Source: Spirochaetota bacterium | GTDB lineage: Bacteria > Spirochaetota > UBA4802 > UBA5550 | Assembly (NCBI GenBank): GCA_963664815.2 | Contig: CAXXHB010000003.1 | Span: 640,001-704,000, forward strand | DNA: 64,000 nucleotides | Reading direction: 5' to 3' | Shown: positions 41,972-51,830 of the stretch, piece after piece | How positions within the stretch are numbered: the stretch's first letter is position 1 | Layout: the number at the start of each line of letters is the position of its first letter | Position numbers and translations under genes: made by a program | The notes under the pieces: model-generated | Databases searched by the model: none | What the model was told of the DNA's origin: nothing | Seen by the model: only the letters and a program-made list of their open reading frames with translations

Positions 41972-43909
41972 TTAGCTAATTTTAACACGTGTTGACCACC
42001 AGTCAGCTGTTCCTGTAAGAGGATCAACGTCAGCAGCCATAACTTTCTTGGGATTAACCCCTTTCTCGCTTCCGTACTTTGTGTACGATTCGTGGCCGAA
42101 ACCGAGCGGGATGGCAACTGTGTCAGGTGCAACAGTATCTGTTAAATGTACATAAACTTTACCGAGTTTCCCTCTTTCTGATTTAAGCACGATTGATTCA
42201 TCTTCAGAAAGGCCGTATTTTTTACCTGTTTCCCTGTTGATCTGTACAAGGAGCTTTTCTCTGTAAAAAACAGTGGGATCGATGCTTTTCAGTACATATG
42301 GGAAAGCAAGACCGTCGCCGTCTCCAATAAGTGGAGCTTCAACAGGTATCATGAAAAGAGGATATTCCGCATTAGCCGCAATTTTTTTATCAAGCGTATC
42401 TATTTCATTTTTGATCTTATCAAAATTGAATGAGAATTTAGCTCCGGATGCTGTTTCTTTACCTGATATCTTGAATGAATCAATTCCGCTTGTGAAAGTA
42501 AAAGTGTTTTTTGTCTTATCAACTGCTTTTGCCAGGGAAATGATTACATCTTTAGCATCTTTGGATTCTTTAAAGTTGGTTACTACAATTTTATTTTCCG
42601 GGGTTTCAGCTTCAAGAAATGAGAGAGATGGAAGTATATAGTCGGCATAATTTGCGGAATCATTCATTATAGGGTTGATTGAAACCACAAAAGCTTTTTC
42701 CATCTTCTTTTTCAAATCTTCACCGAGAACGCTTTTGTATACCGGATCGGAATTATTAAGAAAGAGCATGCTGAAATTTCCGCTCTTTATGAAACTGTCA
42801 AGGCCGGCAAATTCACTTTTATATGATACAGCATTGTTTGTAACAAGAGAAGCAGCTTTTGATTTAACAAGCGTATTGAGGCAGTAAACAGCTATAATTT
42901 CAGCTGATGATGCGCTTACTCCACAGGCGCCTTTACCTGCTACAGCAACCGGGTTCTTGGCTTTGCTGAAATCTTCCGCTATCTTCTTGATTGTTTCTTC
43001 TTTAACGCCTGTATATGTTGAAACCTTGGCAAGAGGGAATTTATTAATGATCAGTTGTGACCATTTTCCGAAATCCTCGCCTGCCGAGTTCATTCTTTTT
43101 CCGGTAATAAGATAATTTGCAATACCGAAAGCAAGAACCGCCTCTGTTCCGGGTTTTACAGGTATCCACTCGTCTGCGAGGGATGCTGTCATTGAACATA
43201 CTGTATCAGCCTGTACTATTTTTGTTCCGCGTTTTTTCCACCCGGTGAAATTTTTCTGCATATCAGCAGCTAAACCCCAGCCTTCAACAAGCCTGGCGCC
43301 GAAACTAAGTATGTGGTCTGTATTATCAAAATCATATTTTATGTATCCGCCAAGGGCAGATGATGTGAGAGATTTTAGTGAAGGTTCATAATAAACATTA
43401 TTGCTTCCGGCTGACCTGATGAATTTCTCCATTAATTGGCCGTTAAGCGATTCGTTTTTGTTTATTGCGGCAATTGAATTTGCTTTGCCTTCGGCAATAA
43501 GGGAGTTCATCTTTGTAGATATATCCTTGATCGCTTCTTCCCATGATACGGGCGTGAATTTACCATCTCCCTTGTCGCCTTTTCTCTTAAGAGGGGTTGA
43601 TATTCTTTCGGGATGGTAAGCCAATTGCAGCGCATTATGGCATGATGGGCATACACCTTCTTTTGATTCAATTTTCACAGCTCTTTCACCGATCATTCTA
43701 ACAGTTACTTTACATCCGTTAGGACATGAATCGTTTACCGCCTGAGCGTACTTCTCTAAACCTTTAACCGGTACATACTGGTCCTGTGTCCATTCAGCAA
43801 GCCACTGAAAACCCAGAAAAGGAGCACCGGAAAAAACCCAACCGGAGAGACCGCCGAGAATTGCGCCCCCCCCTAATTTTAAAAAGTCCTTTCGTTCTAT
43901 TTTTTTCAT
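41972..43909 (-). CDS. qrcB: Menaquinone reductase molybdopterin-oxidoreductase-like subunit
   Basis: Tat-like ERKDFLK, WTQ motif, HPERISTPLKR, ADEWIPVKPGTE, ADYILP, GFGH and DPLTG; shortened DMSO-reductase-family fold in qrc gene order. Confidence 0.8.
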   Translation of the reverse strand: MKKIERKDFLKLGGGAILGGLSGWVFSGAPFLGFQWLAEWTQDQYVPVKGLEKYAQAVNDSCPNGCKVTVRMIGERAVKIESKEGVCPSCHNALQLAYHPERISTPLKRKGDKGDGKFTPVSWEEAIKDISTKMNSLIAEGKANSIAAINKNESLNGQLMEKFIRSAGSNNVYYEPSLKSLTSSALGGYIKYDFDNTDHILSFGARLVEGWGLAADMQKNFTGWKKRGTKIVQADTVCSMTASLADEWIPVKPGTEAVLAFGIANYLITGKRMNSAGEDFGKWSQLIINKFPLAKVSTYTGVKEETIKKIAEDFSKAKNPVAVAGKGACGVSASSAEIIAVYCLNTLVKSKAASLVTNNAVSYKSEFAGLDSFIKSGNFSMLFLNNSDPVYKSVLGEDLKKKMEKAFVVSINPIMNDSANYADYILPSLSFLEAETPENKIVVTNFKESKDAKDVIISLAKAVDKTKNTFTFTSGIDSFKISGKETASGAKFSFNFDKIKNEIDTLDKKIAANAEYPLFMIPVEAPLIGDGDGLAFPYVLKSIDPTVFYREKLLVQINRETGKKYGLSEDESIVLKSERGKLGKVYVHLTDTVAPDTVAIPLGFGHESYTKYGSEKGVNPKKVMAADVDPLTGTADWWSTRVKIS

Positions 43910-43937
43910 AAGATTAACTTACTCCTCTCGTTTCTTT

Positions 43938-44492
43938 CTAGTCGTGGCATACGGCACATTTGTTGCTTATATTAAGCGCTGTATGGCAATCCATACACTG
44001 TCCCATCAGCATTTTACCTTTGATCATTTTGGTATCTGTTGAAACAGACTTGTCTCCATGGCATGAACCGCATCTGGCCTTTAATCTTCCATCATCATAT
44101 TTGGCAGTCATTACAACCTTGTGACTGAAATATACGAGATCAGGCTGTTTTGCCCATGAAGTCCATGGTTGGTCTGAATCCTTGTAGGAATCAAACATGG
44201 TTTTTTTCCTGGGAATACTGTGGTCATCAGAAGTGAGGACACCATTACGATCGTGGCATACCGTACATTCGGCTACAGTCGGAAGCCCTTTGAATCTTCC
44301 ATTTTCTTCGTATCCATGGCATTGAGTACAGTCGTTAATCCCGTATTTTTCCACGTGATTCTTGTGGCTGAAGGGGATTTTTTTTGCGGCATCGGCCTGC
44401 ATAACGCTGTGACAGCCCTTTTGAGATATTCCGAAGAAATACCAGGTAAATATTATAAAAGGGATAAAAAAAAGCAGCAATGAACGTCTCAC
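43938..44492 (-). CDS. qrcA: Membrane-anchored multiheme cytochrome c (QrcA/ActA-like)
   Basis: N-terminal TM; five CxxCH (CTQCH, CTVCH, CGSCH, CMDCH, CAVCH); PFSH and QPDLVYFSH motifs; GTG start with GGAG. Confidence 0.85.
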   Translation of the reverse strand: MRRSLLLFFIPFIIFTWYFFGISQKGCHSVMQADAAKKIPFSHKNHVEKYGINDCTQCHGYEENGRFKGLPTVAECTVCHDRNGVLTSDDHSIPRKKTMFDSYKDSDQPWTSWAKQPDLVYFSHKVVMTAKYDDGRLKARCGSCHGDKSVSTDTKMIKGKMLMGQCMDCHTALNISNKCAVCHD

Positions 44493-44525
44493 AAAAATTC
44501 TCCTTATGTTTTTTATTTTTGGAAG

Positions 44526-44573
44526 AGTTGTACTTCTTTAAAACTTTAAGTTGTACTTCTTTTAAAACTTTTA
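44526..44573. repeat. Tandem 23-25 bp duplication in the qrcA leader
   Basis: AGTTGTACTTCTTTAAAACTTTA followed by AGTTGTACTTCTTTTAAAACTTTTA. Confidence 0.85.
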
Positions 44574-44646
44574 AAAATGTGAGTCAGATACTAAACCGGC
44601 AGCATGGTGAAATACCTTGCTAAAAATATAATAATCCACCTGAATT

Positions 44647-44743
44647 GCTAAAATCGTTTTGGCTAAATGTCAACAAAAAATATAAAAAAAGTATTTTAGG
44701 TAAAAAAACATTTAAGAAAATTTTAATATACTAAAACGATTTA
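44647..44743 (-). promoter_or_regulatory. Candidate qrc promoter with two related near-palindromes
   Basis: Minus-strand TTGACA at 44668-44673; GCTAAAATCGTTTTGGC (44647-44663) in the spacer and related CTAAAACGATTTA (44731-44743). Confidence 0.5.
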
Positions 44744-44989
44744 TTTTGACTGAACCCTCATTTCATGATTTGCAGTCAATGAGTGATTTTAATGGTCATG
44801 GAACTCCTGTGCGGGGATAAAACATATAGTTTTACAGATAAGCATATCAGTATAATTAAATAATGAGAAATCAGGATCATCTTCACGGAATATGGACATT
44901 TACAGGTATAAAACAATCTGACTTAAATGGGTCCGGTCTCATTTTTAACAAAGTCATAATTACTTGTCAATGACGTTATACCTGAGAAT

Positions 44990-45868
44990 TCACTCCGGGT
45001 CAGAATTACCCGGGAGATATCCTAACTCTTCAAATTTTACATCTATATAGGGGGTTGACTGGCTTTCAAGCGGTGGATAGATTAAGCGCGATGTTTTGTT
45101 TATATCTACTGTTTTAATGTACTTTTTACATTTATCACATACATCAACCCTGTATTCCTCTTCACCTTCAATATCAAAATACTGAAGTGTTTCATGATCG
45201 GTATTTTCACAGAAGGGGCAGTAGATTCTTTTTGATTCCCATTTATGACTGCAGAATCCGCAGATTAATGAGCGTTTTCCATTTTCTTCAAATGTTGACA
45301 GTTCAGGGGCAGAACCGCAGACAGGGCAGTAACCTTTATTCCACTCTTTATCTTTATCGAGGAGTTGTGACATCTTTTCTGCGAAAAGATTCAATGAGGG
45401 TTTGAGGCTGTTATATATTATAAAAGCCAGAATTTTTTTATCAACTCCCGTATCAATTTCAAAGTTATTGAAAAGAGCTTCATCTTCTTTCAGGAACGAA
45501 GAGAAGAGCATATCAAGCTTCAGCGGGTTATTTTCTATTAAACCTGTTATTTTCCTGACAGTTTGCGAAAGTTCATTATCAGAAGTGGCAAGGATTGAGC
45601 AGATCTCATTAAAAAGTTTTTCGGACTGGCTTCTGTCTATGATGAATTGTGAAATATTTATCAGGGGAAACTGTTCCTGCAGTTTTACTGCTAAAATGTC
45701 TTTCGGAATTTCAAAGTCATTAATGCGGATATCTTTTTTAGCGTTTTCCTGTGCGATAAATATCATTTCATACAGGTCAAGCATGGTTGCGTAACCCGGT
45801 TTTATTTTTTTCACTGCATTTACAGCTTCTTTGATCTCGTCTGTTGTTAATATTGTAATACTATTCAT
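44990..45868 (-). CDS. fdhE: Formate dehydrogenase accessory protein FdhE
   Basis: CPVCGS, CGFCSHKW, CPFCEN and CDKCKKYIK motifs; follows FDH genes. Confidence 0.93.
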   Translation of the reverse strand: MNSITILTTDEIKEAVNAVKKIKPGYATMLDLYEMIFIAQENAKKDIRINDFEIPKDILAVKLQEQFPLINISQFIIDRSQSEKLFNEICSILATSDNELSQTVRKITGLIENNPLKLDMLFSSFLKEDEALFNNFEIDTGVDKKILAFIIYNSLKPSLNLFAEKMSQLLDKDKEWNKGYCPVCGSAPELSTFEENGKRSLICGFCSHKWESKRIYCPFCENTDHETLQYFDIEGEEEYRVDVCDKCKKYIKTVDINKTSRLIYPPLESQSTPYIDVKFEELGYLPGNSDPE

Positions 45869-45915
45869 GAATGATTCCTTTTTTATATTTTCTTTTATTT
45901 TTTCACTTTTTTAGT

Positions 45916-45947
45916 ATAACACCCCGCCGTATCAGGCGGGGTGTTAT
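45916..45947. terminator. Strong hairpin between the FDH beta gene and fdhE
   Basis: ATAACACCCCGCC-GTATCA-GGCGGGGTGTTAT. No U-tract on the sense (minus) strand, so it may be an mRNA-stabilising stem. Confidence 0.55.
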
Positions 45948-45995
45948 TTTTATAATGCTAAAAGAAGTTAACAGTTTAATATTGTAAACTTAAAA

Positions 45996-46685
45996 TCATG
46001 CAAGGGATATATTATCAGAATTTTTCTCCAGTGACGCAAGATGATGATACATTTTGCGGTTGTGAGTAATCAGATAAATGACCCTTACGCTGTCTACATC
46101 AAGCAGTGTAGCTTCGGGAAACTCTTTTTTCACCACTCCGAGCCTGCCTGCAGCCATAACCTTCATTTTTTCTCTTTCACCGAAATTCATAGCGCCGGTG
46201 GGGCATGTTTTTACACACATGGGGACATGACCTGCTTCTATTCTCTCAAGACACATGTCACACTTATTGATAACACCGGTTTTTTCATTTCTCTGCGGTA
46301 TATTGTAAGGACAATACTCCTTCATCATGAGAAAACCTTCTTTGGAAATCTTTTTAGTTTTCTCAGTGAATATTACGGCTCCGGTTTCCTTATCAATAAC
46401 AACCGCACCTTTTACGTTGCCATCTGCAGCAAGCTTGCATGGAGGCTCTGTGCAGTGACGGCACTGATCAGGAAAAAAATTCCAGAATACACGGTCTTTC
46501 ACTTTGAATTCGGTGAATTTAACAACCTTATAATTCAAAGCATTAAGATCCGGCGGATTCTGGTGGCTGCCCCAGTTCAGCTGTTTTGTATAATTTGGTT
46601 CGAATCCCTGCCACTCTTTACAGGCAACCTGGCACCCTCTGCACGCCGTACACCTTGAGGTGTCAATAAAAAATGTCTTACTCAT
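45996..46685 (-). CDS. fdhB: Formate dehydrogenase beta (iron-sulfur) subunit, soluble type
   Basis: CTACRGCQVACKEW, CRHCTEPPC, CPYNIP, KCDMC..CVKTCPTGA; no C-terminal TM anchor; ATG 46685 after GGGAGG. Confidence 0.92.
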   Translation of the reverse strand: MSKTFFIDTSRCTACRGCQVACKEWQGFEPNYTKQLNWGSHQNPPDLNALNYKVVKFTEFKVKDRVFWNFFPDQCRHCTEPPCKLAADGNVKGAVVIDKETGAVIFTEKTKKISKEGFLMMKEYCPYNIPQRNEKTGVINKCDMCLERIEAGHVPMCVKTCPTGAMNFGEREKMKVMAAGRLGVVKKEFPEATLLDVDSVRVIYLITHNRKMYHHLASLEKNSDNISLA

Positions 46686-49600
46686 GATGTCCTCCCGCAT
46701 TTAAATCCGTATAAGAAAGCTCAGTCAGCTTGCCGGGATCCGCCTTTGTGATATTCACGCAGCATGCCTTGGTTTCAGGGGTTGAGGTATTCGCGTCACC
46801 TGCCGAAATTGTTAATCTGTTAGTAGCATCTCCAATCCCTTTTTTTGTCCAGCCGAATGCAAATGGCATTCCAACGAGGTGAACAGTTTTACCCTGAACT
46901 TTGAATGGTGTTATACGTACAGTCACCATTGCTACTGCTTCAACCCGTCCCCGCAGGTTTTCAACAATAACCGGGTCTCCGTTTTTAATACCTTTTTCTT
47001 TTGCCAGTTCATGACTCATCTCAACATAGAGTTGTGGTTCTGCTTCAAGAAGAGATGGTACATTTCTTGTTTCGCTTCCTCCACACCAATGCTCAGTCAT
47101 ACTGTATGTTGTCAGTACTATTGGAAATTTCGGGTCACCGGCAGCAGATACATGATCCAGGTCGCTGGTAATTATTTTTGCGCATGGATTTATCAGCTGT
47201 CCTGAAAAACCGTGATTTTTTACAGGTGTTTCAACCGGTTCATAGTGTTCCGGGAATGGACCGTCATTCAGACCGGGGCCATAAAGCTGTCCTAAACCGT
47301 CAGTGGTCATAATAAATGGATTTTTACCGCCGGTCTTCGATAGAGGGGGCTGGGCACCATCAGGCACATCACCTTCCCATTTTTCGCCGTTCCACCTGAT
47401 TACTGTTCGTGTCGGATCCCACGGCTGACCATCTTTGTCAACGCCGGCCCTGTTATAGATAATTCGTCTGTTCATCGGCCATGACCAGGAGAACTTCGGG
47501 AACAGTCCTATCTGTTTTTCAAGAGGTGTCTGCTCCAGACTGCGGGCTTTCATTTTATTCCCGAATTCGTCTGTATAAACTCCTGCCATCATCCAGCATA
47601 GAGATGCTGTTGTACCGTCATCGGCGAAGTCTGCCAGAGCGGTGAGCTGCTTACCCTTTTTGGGGCCATCTGTAAACCAGCCGTTTATACGTTTTGCAAC
47701 CACGTTGGCATCATATTTTTTATACCAGTTCAGGTTTACAATCGGTTCTTTATGAACTCCACCTTCATCCTCGTAGAGATCCTTAACCTCATTCATGATC
47801 TCTACCATGATCTGCCCCATGGATTTAGACTTGCCTCTCGGCTTGGTAGCCTGATTATGCCACAGAATCCATCGTCCGCTGTTGCTTATACTACCTTCCT
47901 TCTCAACGCGATGGCATGACGGGAAGAGGAATACTTCTGTTTTAACCTTTTTCGGATCCATCCCCGGGCCATGCCAGAATTCAGTTGTTTCATTCATATG
48001 GATATCAGCGGAAATGAGAAACTCAAGATTTGCCAGAGCTTTCCTTATTTTATTACTATTTGGGAATCCCTGGGCAGGATTTGTGGCCCATATTGACCCC
48101 CCTTTAAGTTCCCCTTTATACATCCTGTCAAATGTATAAAGAAATGAGTGGTCGCCAATTTCTTCACTTTTTGACACTTCTGCCCTGGGAAGCCAGTCGT
48201 AACCAAAATCGTTTTCTTTAGTGGCTTTTTTACCGAAATATGCTTTAAGAAGACTGGTTATATATTTTGGTTTGTTCCCCTGCCAGTTTACGCTTGCAGC
48301 TTCTTTAGTGACAGGTGTAGTCATTTTTTTGTAATCCGCCAGTGTGGGCATATTTGCTCTTGGAACCGCGAGGTAACCGGGGAGTATATCATATAGAATA
48401 GCATGGTCAGAAGTTCCCTGTACATTCGGTTCACCTCGGAGTGCGTTGACTCCGCCACCTGCTATACCTACATTCCCCAGCAGCAGCTGAATGATACCGC
48501 AAGTACGGATATTCTGCACACCCACTGTATGCTGTGTCCAGCCCAGTGCGTAAAGAATTGTTCCGGCTTTGTCACGCGTTCCCGTTGCTGCAAAAGCCTC
48601 ATAAGTTTTAATAAGATTTTCCTGAGATACACCTGTTATAGATGAAACTCTGTTAAGGTCATACCTTGAGTAATGCTTCTGAAGCAGCTGCATTACGCAT
48701 CTGGGATGCTTAAGTGTCGGATCTTTCTGTATCTTACCTTCCTTATCCCGCTCAAATTGCCACAATGATTTATCGTACTTTTTGGTTTTGGGATTATATC
48801 CTGCAAAAAGACCATTATTGAATGAAAACTTTTCGTTTACGATGAATGATGCGTTTGTATAGAGATCGACATATTCTTTAAAATATCTGTTTTTTGTCAA
48901 TATGTAGTTTATCATACCACCCATGAAAGCAATATCTGTTCCTGAACGTAGAGGTACATGAAAGTCAGATCTTGCGGATGTTCTTGAGAATTTCGGGTCA
49001 ACGTGGATAATCTTAGCCCCTCTTTCTTCTTTTGCTTTGAGCACCCATTTAAAACATATGGGATGGTGTTCTGCAGCGTTACTTCCGATTATGAGGCAAC
49101 AGTCAGTGTTTTTAATATCGATCCAATGATTTGTCATTGCACCACGACCAAATGATTCCGCCAAACTGGCGACAGATGGACCGTGTCAGACCCGTGCCTG
49201 GTGATCTATGTTCATGATCCCCATTGCGCGCATTGCCTGCACAACAACGGATGCCTCTTCATTACTCATCTGTGAGGAGCCCATATGGAACATCTTATCG
49301 TTACGGTTGACAACCTGCCCCTCGGCATTTTTTACCATAAAATTTTTATCACGTGTGTCTTTTATTCGTCTTGCTACAGTTTCAATCATCCAGCTCCAGC
49401 TTTTTTCTTCCCACTTTTCGCTGTATGGAGCGCGATACAACGGTTTAAGTATGCGGTGTTCGCTGTTGATCATTGAAAGCATTGTTGATCCCTTGGCGCA
49501 CAGCGCTCCTTCGCTCACGGGATATCCCGGATCACCTTCAGTGCTTACAACCTTTCCGCTTTTGACATGTGCTATAAAATGGCAGCTTACAGCGCAGAAA

Positions 49601-49752
49601 GGGCATATAGATATAACTTCTTTTGCACCTTTAATCTTGAGGTCTTTTGCGTAAGATTCTGTCATCAGATAGTTTACGCCCAGGCCCCCCAGAGCAATAG
49701 CTCCGGCCCCCGCACCCGCCACTTTTAATAAATCACGGCGTGTTAACTTCAT
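46678..49752 (-). CDS. fdhA: Selenocysteine-containing formate dehydrogenase alpha subunit (Tat-exported, 1024 aa)
   Basis: ORFs 49186-49752 and 46678-49164 are in frame and joined by DHQARV-U(TGA 49186-49188)-HGPSVASLAESFGRGAMTNHW; TRRDLLK Tat signal, CPFCAVSC...CAKG, RGEPNVQG. Confidence 0.95.
49148..49185 (-). promoter_or_regulatory. Bacterial SECIS-like hairpin
   Basis: Directly 3-prime of the UGA: CGCCA-GTT-TGGCG stem-loop (49159-49171) with G in the apical loop about 20 nt after the UGA. Confidence 0.75.
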
Positions 49753-50229
49753 TAAAATCCTCCTGGAAATCTAATGTATTTTTTGGAATAGACTATGAAT
49801 AAGATTGATACCTCATCATGGGATGGCTCCGACGGCCGGTGAAGTATTTGATATTCTGTTAATCAATTAAATAGTCATATCAGACATAGCTGTGTCAATC
49901 TATAAATGGAATTATATAAAAAAATGAATATGTTTTTTTTAGCATATGGTTAATTTTAGCATAATACACGGTGTTGTATGACTGCCGTCTCTTCCAGTTA
50001 TCTGTTACATCTTTTATTATCCGGGCGTTCTGTTCGGATGTGTATTGATCCGTTGTTTATTAAGTATGCTTTGGCATCTGATTATACCGGAATCCGGTAT
50101 AATTCATTTAATAAAACGGTAAAACTTCCAATCTGACAGACTGACAGGAGTTTCAATAAAGTGTTGACTGTTGTTGTAATACCTCTTTAATTAACGATAT
50201 GGTTGCGGCATAAGGTACAGGAGAAGGGT

Positions 50230-51003
50230 ATGAACAGGTTCAGCAGGGCAGGTCTCTTATTATCTTTATCAATTATCATTGTATGCATCGTTGCATTTTT
50301 AAAAGGGAGCACATCAGGCTATATTCCTATCGTTCTTGTATTAACCATTATCATAATTATACCTGTCTCGATAGGTATGGCAATAGGGAACAGTATAAGA
50401 AAAAAAACTGATGCATCATTCAGAAAGACACTCGATCCCCTTTTTCCCAGGTATATGACATTTTACGGCAGGTTTTATGCCGCTGCGGAATATAAAGGCT
50501 GCTCAATAAGTTTTACCACCGCTGCAAAAAGCAGTTACAGATATGAACTGACACCTGTGAGAAGGTACTCAATGATTCTTGTACGTGTCAAGATCCCTTC
50601 AACTGCAGGGATAAAACTTCACCTGGCAGTAGTCCATCATGGAAACGGAGCAGTACGGAAAATGCTCGGATGGACAACCCCTGAAGACGGGTTCTTTATA
50701 GCGGGAATTAAAAATCAGACGGAGGCGGAATCCCTTTCATTATTCATGAGACTTTCAGCATCAACGAAAGCTGGAATGAAAAACCTTGCCGAACAATGCG
50801 GAAGCTGCGGGGTAACACCTGACTGGGAGAGCGTGATGATAGGAAAGGAAAACTCCCTTAAACTGCATGGCGGGGACCATGCAGTAATAGAACAGCTTGA
50901 TTTCCAGTCATGGATACAGGCAGACATAACTGAAACAGAACTAATCGCACGCATGGATGAAATTGTTAAAACTGTTAAACTGATATCCTGTGATCTTAAA
51001 TAA
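50230..51003 (+). CDS. Hypothetical membrane protein (2 N-terminal TM)
   Basis: AGGAG RBS, ATG 50230, long ORF, no recognised family. Confidence 0.7.
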   Translation: MNRFSRAGLLLSLSIIIVCIVAFLKGSTSGYIPIVLVLTIIIIIPVSIGMAIGNSIRKKTDASFRKTLDPLFPRYMTFYGRFYAAAEYKGCSISFTTAAKSSYRYELTPVRRYSMILVRVKIPSTAGIKLHLAVVHHGNGAVRKMLGWTTPEDGFFIAGIKNQTEAESLSLFMRLSASTKAGMKNLAEQCGSCGVTPDWESVMIGKENSLKLHGGDHAVIEQLDFQSWIQADITETELIARMDEIVKTVKLISCDLK

Positions 51004-51084
51004 AAACAAGATAAAGAGGGGGCTTTATAAATCAATATAATTATATAAGGAAGAAAATAAGAAAATCAAAACTGCTGAATTGAA

Positions 51085-51315
51085 TCATGCTGCCCTTGTG
51101 TAAACAATAAAACCCATTTTTAGTTCTTCAGTCTCAAGCTTTTTAAGCAGAGCTTCAATTTTTCCTGTAGTCTGAATGTCAATAAAATCATCATCGCATT
51201 GTTTGCATATAAGAGCCGGGACTTTGTTGGTTACGATGATTGAATCTTAATTGCGCTCTATAAGAATATGTGTTGTTCCATTCTTCATTTCTCCACGGCT
51301 TAAAGGGCAGTTCAT
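51085..51315 (-). pseudogene. YgiT/MqsA-type zinc-finger antitoxin pseudogene
   Basis: MNCPLSRGEM...ERN*DSIIVTNKVPALICKQCDDDF...RAA; in-frame TAA at 51247-51249, first CxxC decayed to CPLS; AGGAG RBS. Confidence 0.8.
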
Positions 51316-51339
51316 ATTTTTCTCCTTCGGTGTTTTTTG

Positions 51340-51510
51340 CTTACTTGTAAAACCAAAATCAATATTACTATTATGATATTTTTTTCCATTCACCAGATTT
51401 TTGTTCGTCGCAACGGGGGAATGATTGCTGATGTTATTATTGCTGATATAAAGGTAAGTCATGCCGTTCAGATTACTCAGAGCGCTTATATCGGATAACC
51501 GCTGCCCGAG
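51340..51510 (-). pseudogene. Leucine-rich-repeat gene fragment
   Basis: Reads LSDISALSNLNGMTYLYISNNNISNHSP, an internalin-type LRR unit without a surrounding gene. Confidence 0.55.
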
Positions 51511-51639
51511 TGTTTCCGGTGAAACTGGAAATGTACCGAGGGAACCACTACAGGGTTAAAAAAGTCCTGCAGGATTTTCTGCAGACAGGAAGTCCCGTAC
51601 ACGAACATACTTACATCGTGTGTCAGCTGGTTCTGCTTC

Positions 51640-51830
51640 AAATTCACGTCAGATTTATGACAAATATCACAATCTGTTTACAGAGTATTCAGTTTCGCGT
51701 TAATTACGCATCAAACACGTTACATACAGCTATAACCGCGCGTTTTTCTCTGTCGATAACGATGTTGAAACGGTATTGAAACGGTTTTTAATATGGTCTT
51801 CATACTGCTTAAATCCCGTTTTAACAGATC
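51640..51830. repeat. Degenerate about-11-bp periodic repeats
   Basis: CGATGTTGAAA/CGGTATTGAAA/CGGTTTTTAAT, then TGGTCTTCATA; also TTCGCGTTAAT/TACGCATCAAA. Confidence 0.5.

Noticed and set aside
46678-49752. fdhA as two genes or a pseudogene
   Set aside because: The in-frame TGA sits at the conserved Sec position with a SECIS-like stem.
49897-49965. ModE box or TTTTAGCATA direct repeat upstream of fdhA
   Set aside because: Match too weak against the AT-rich background.
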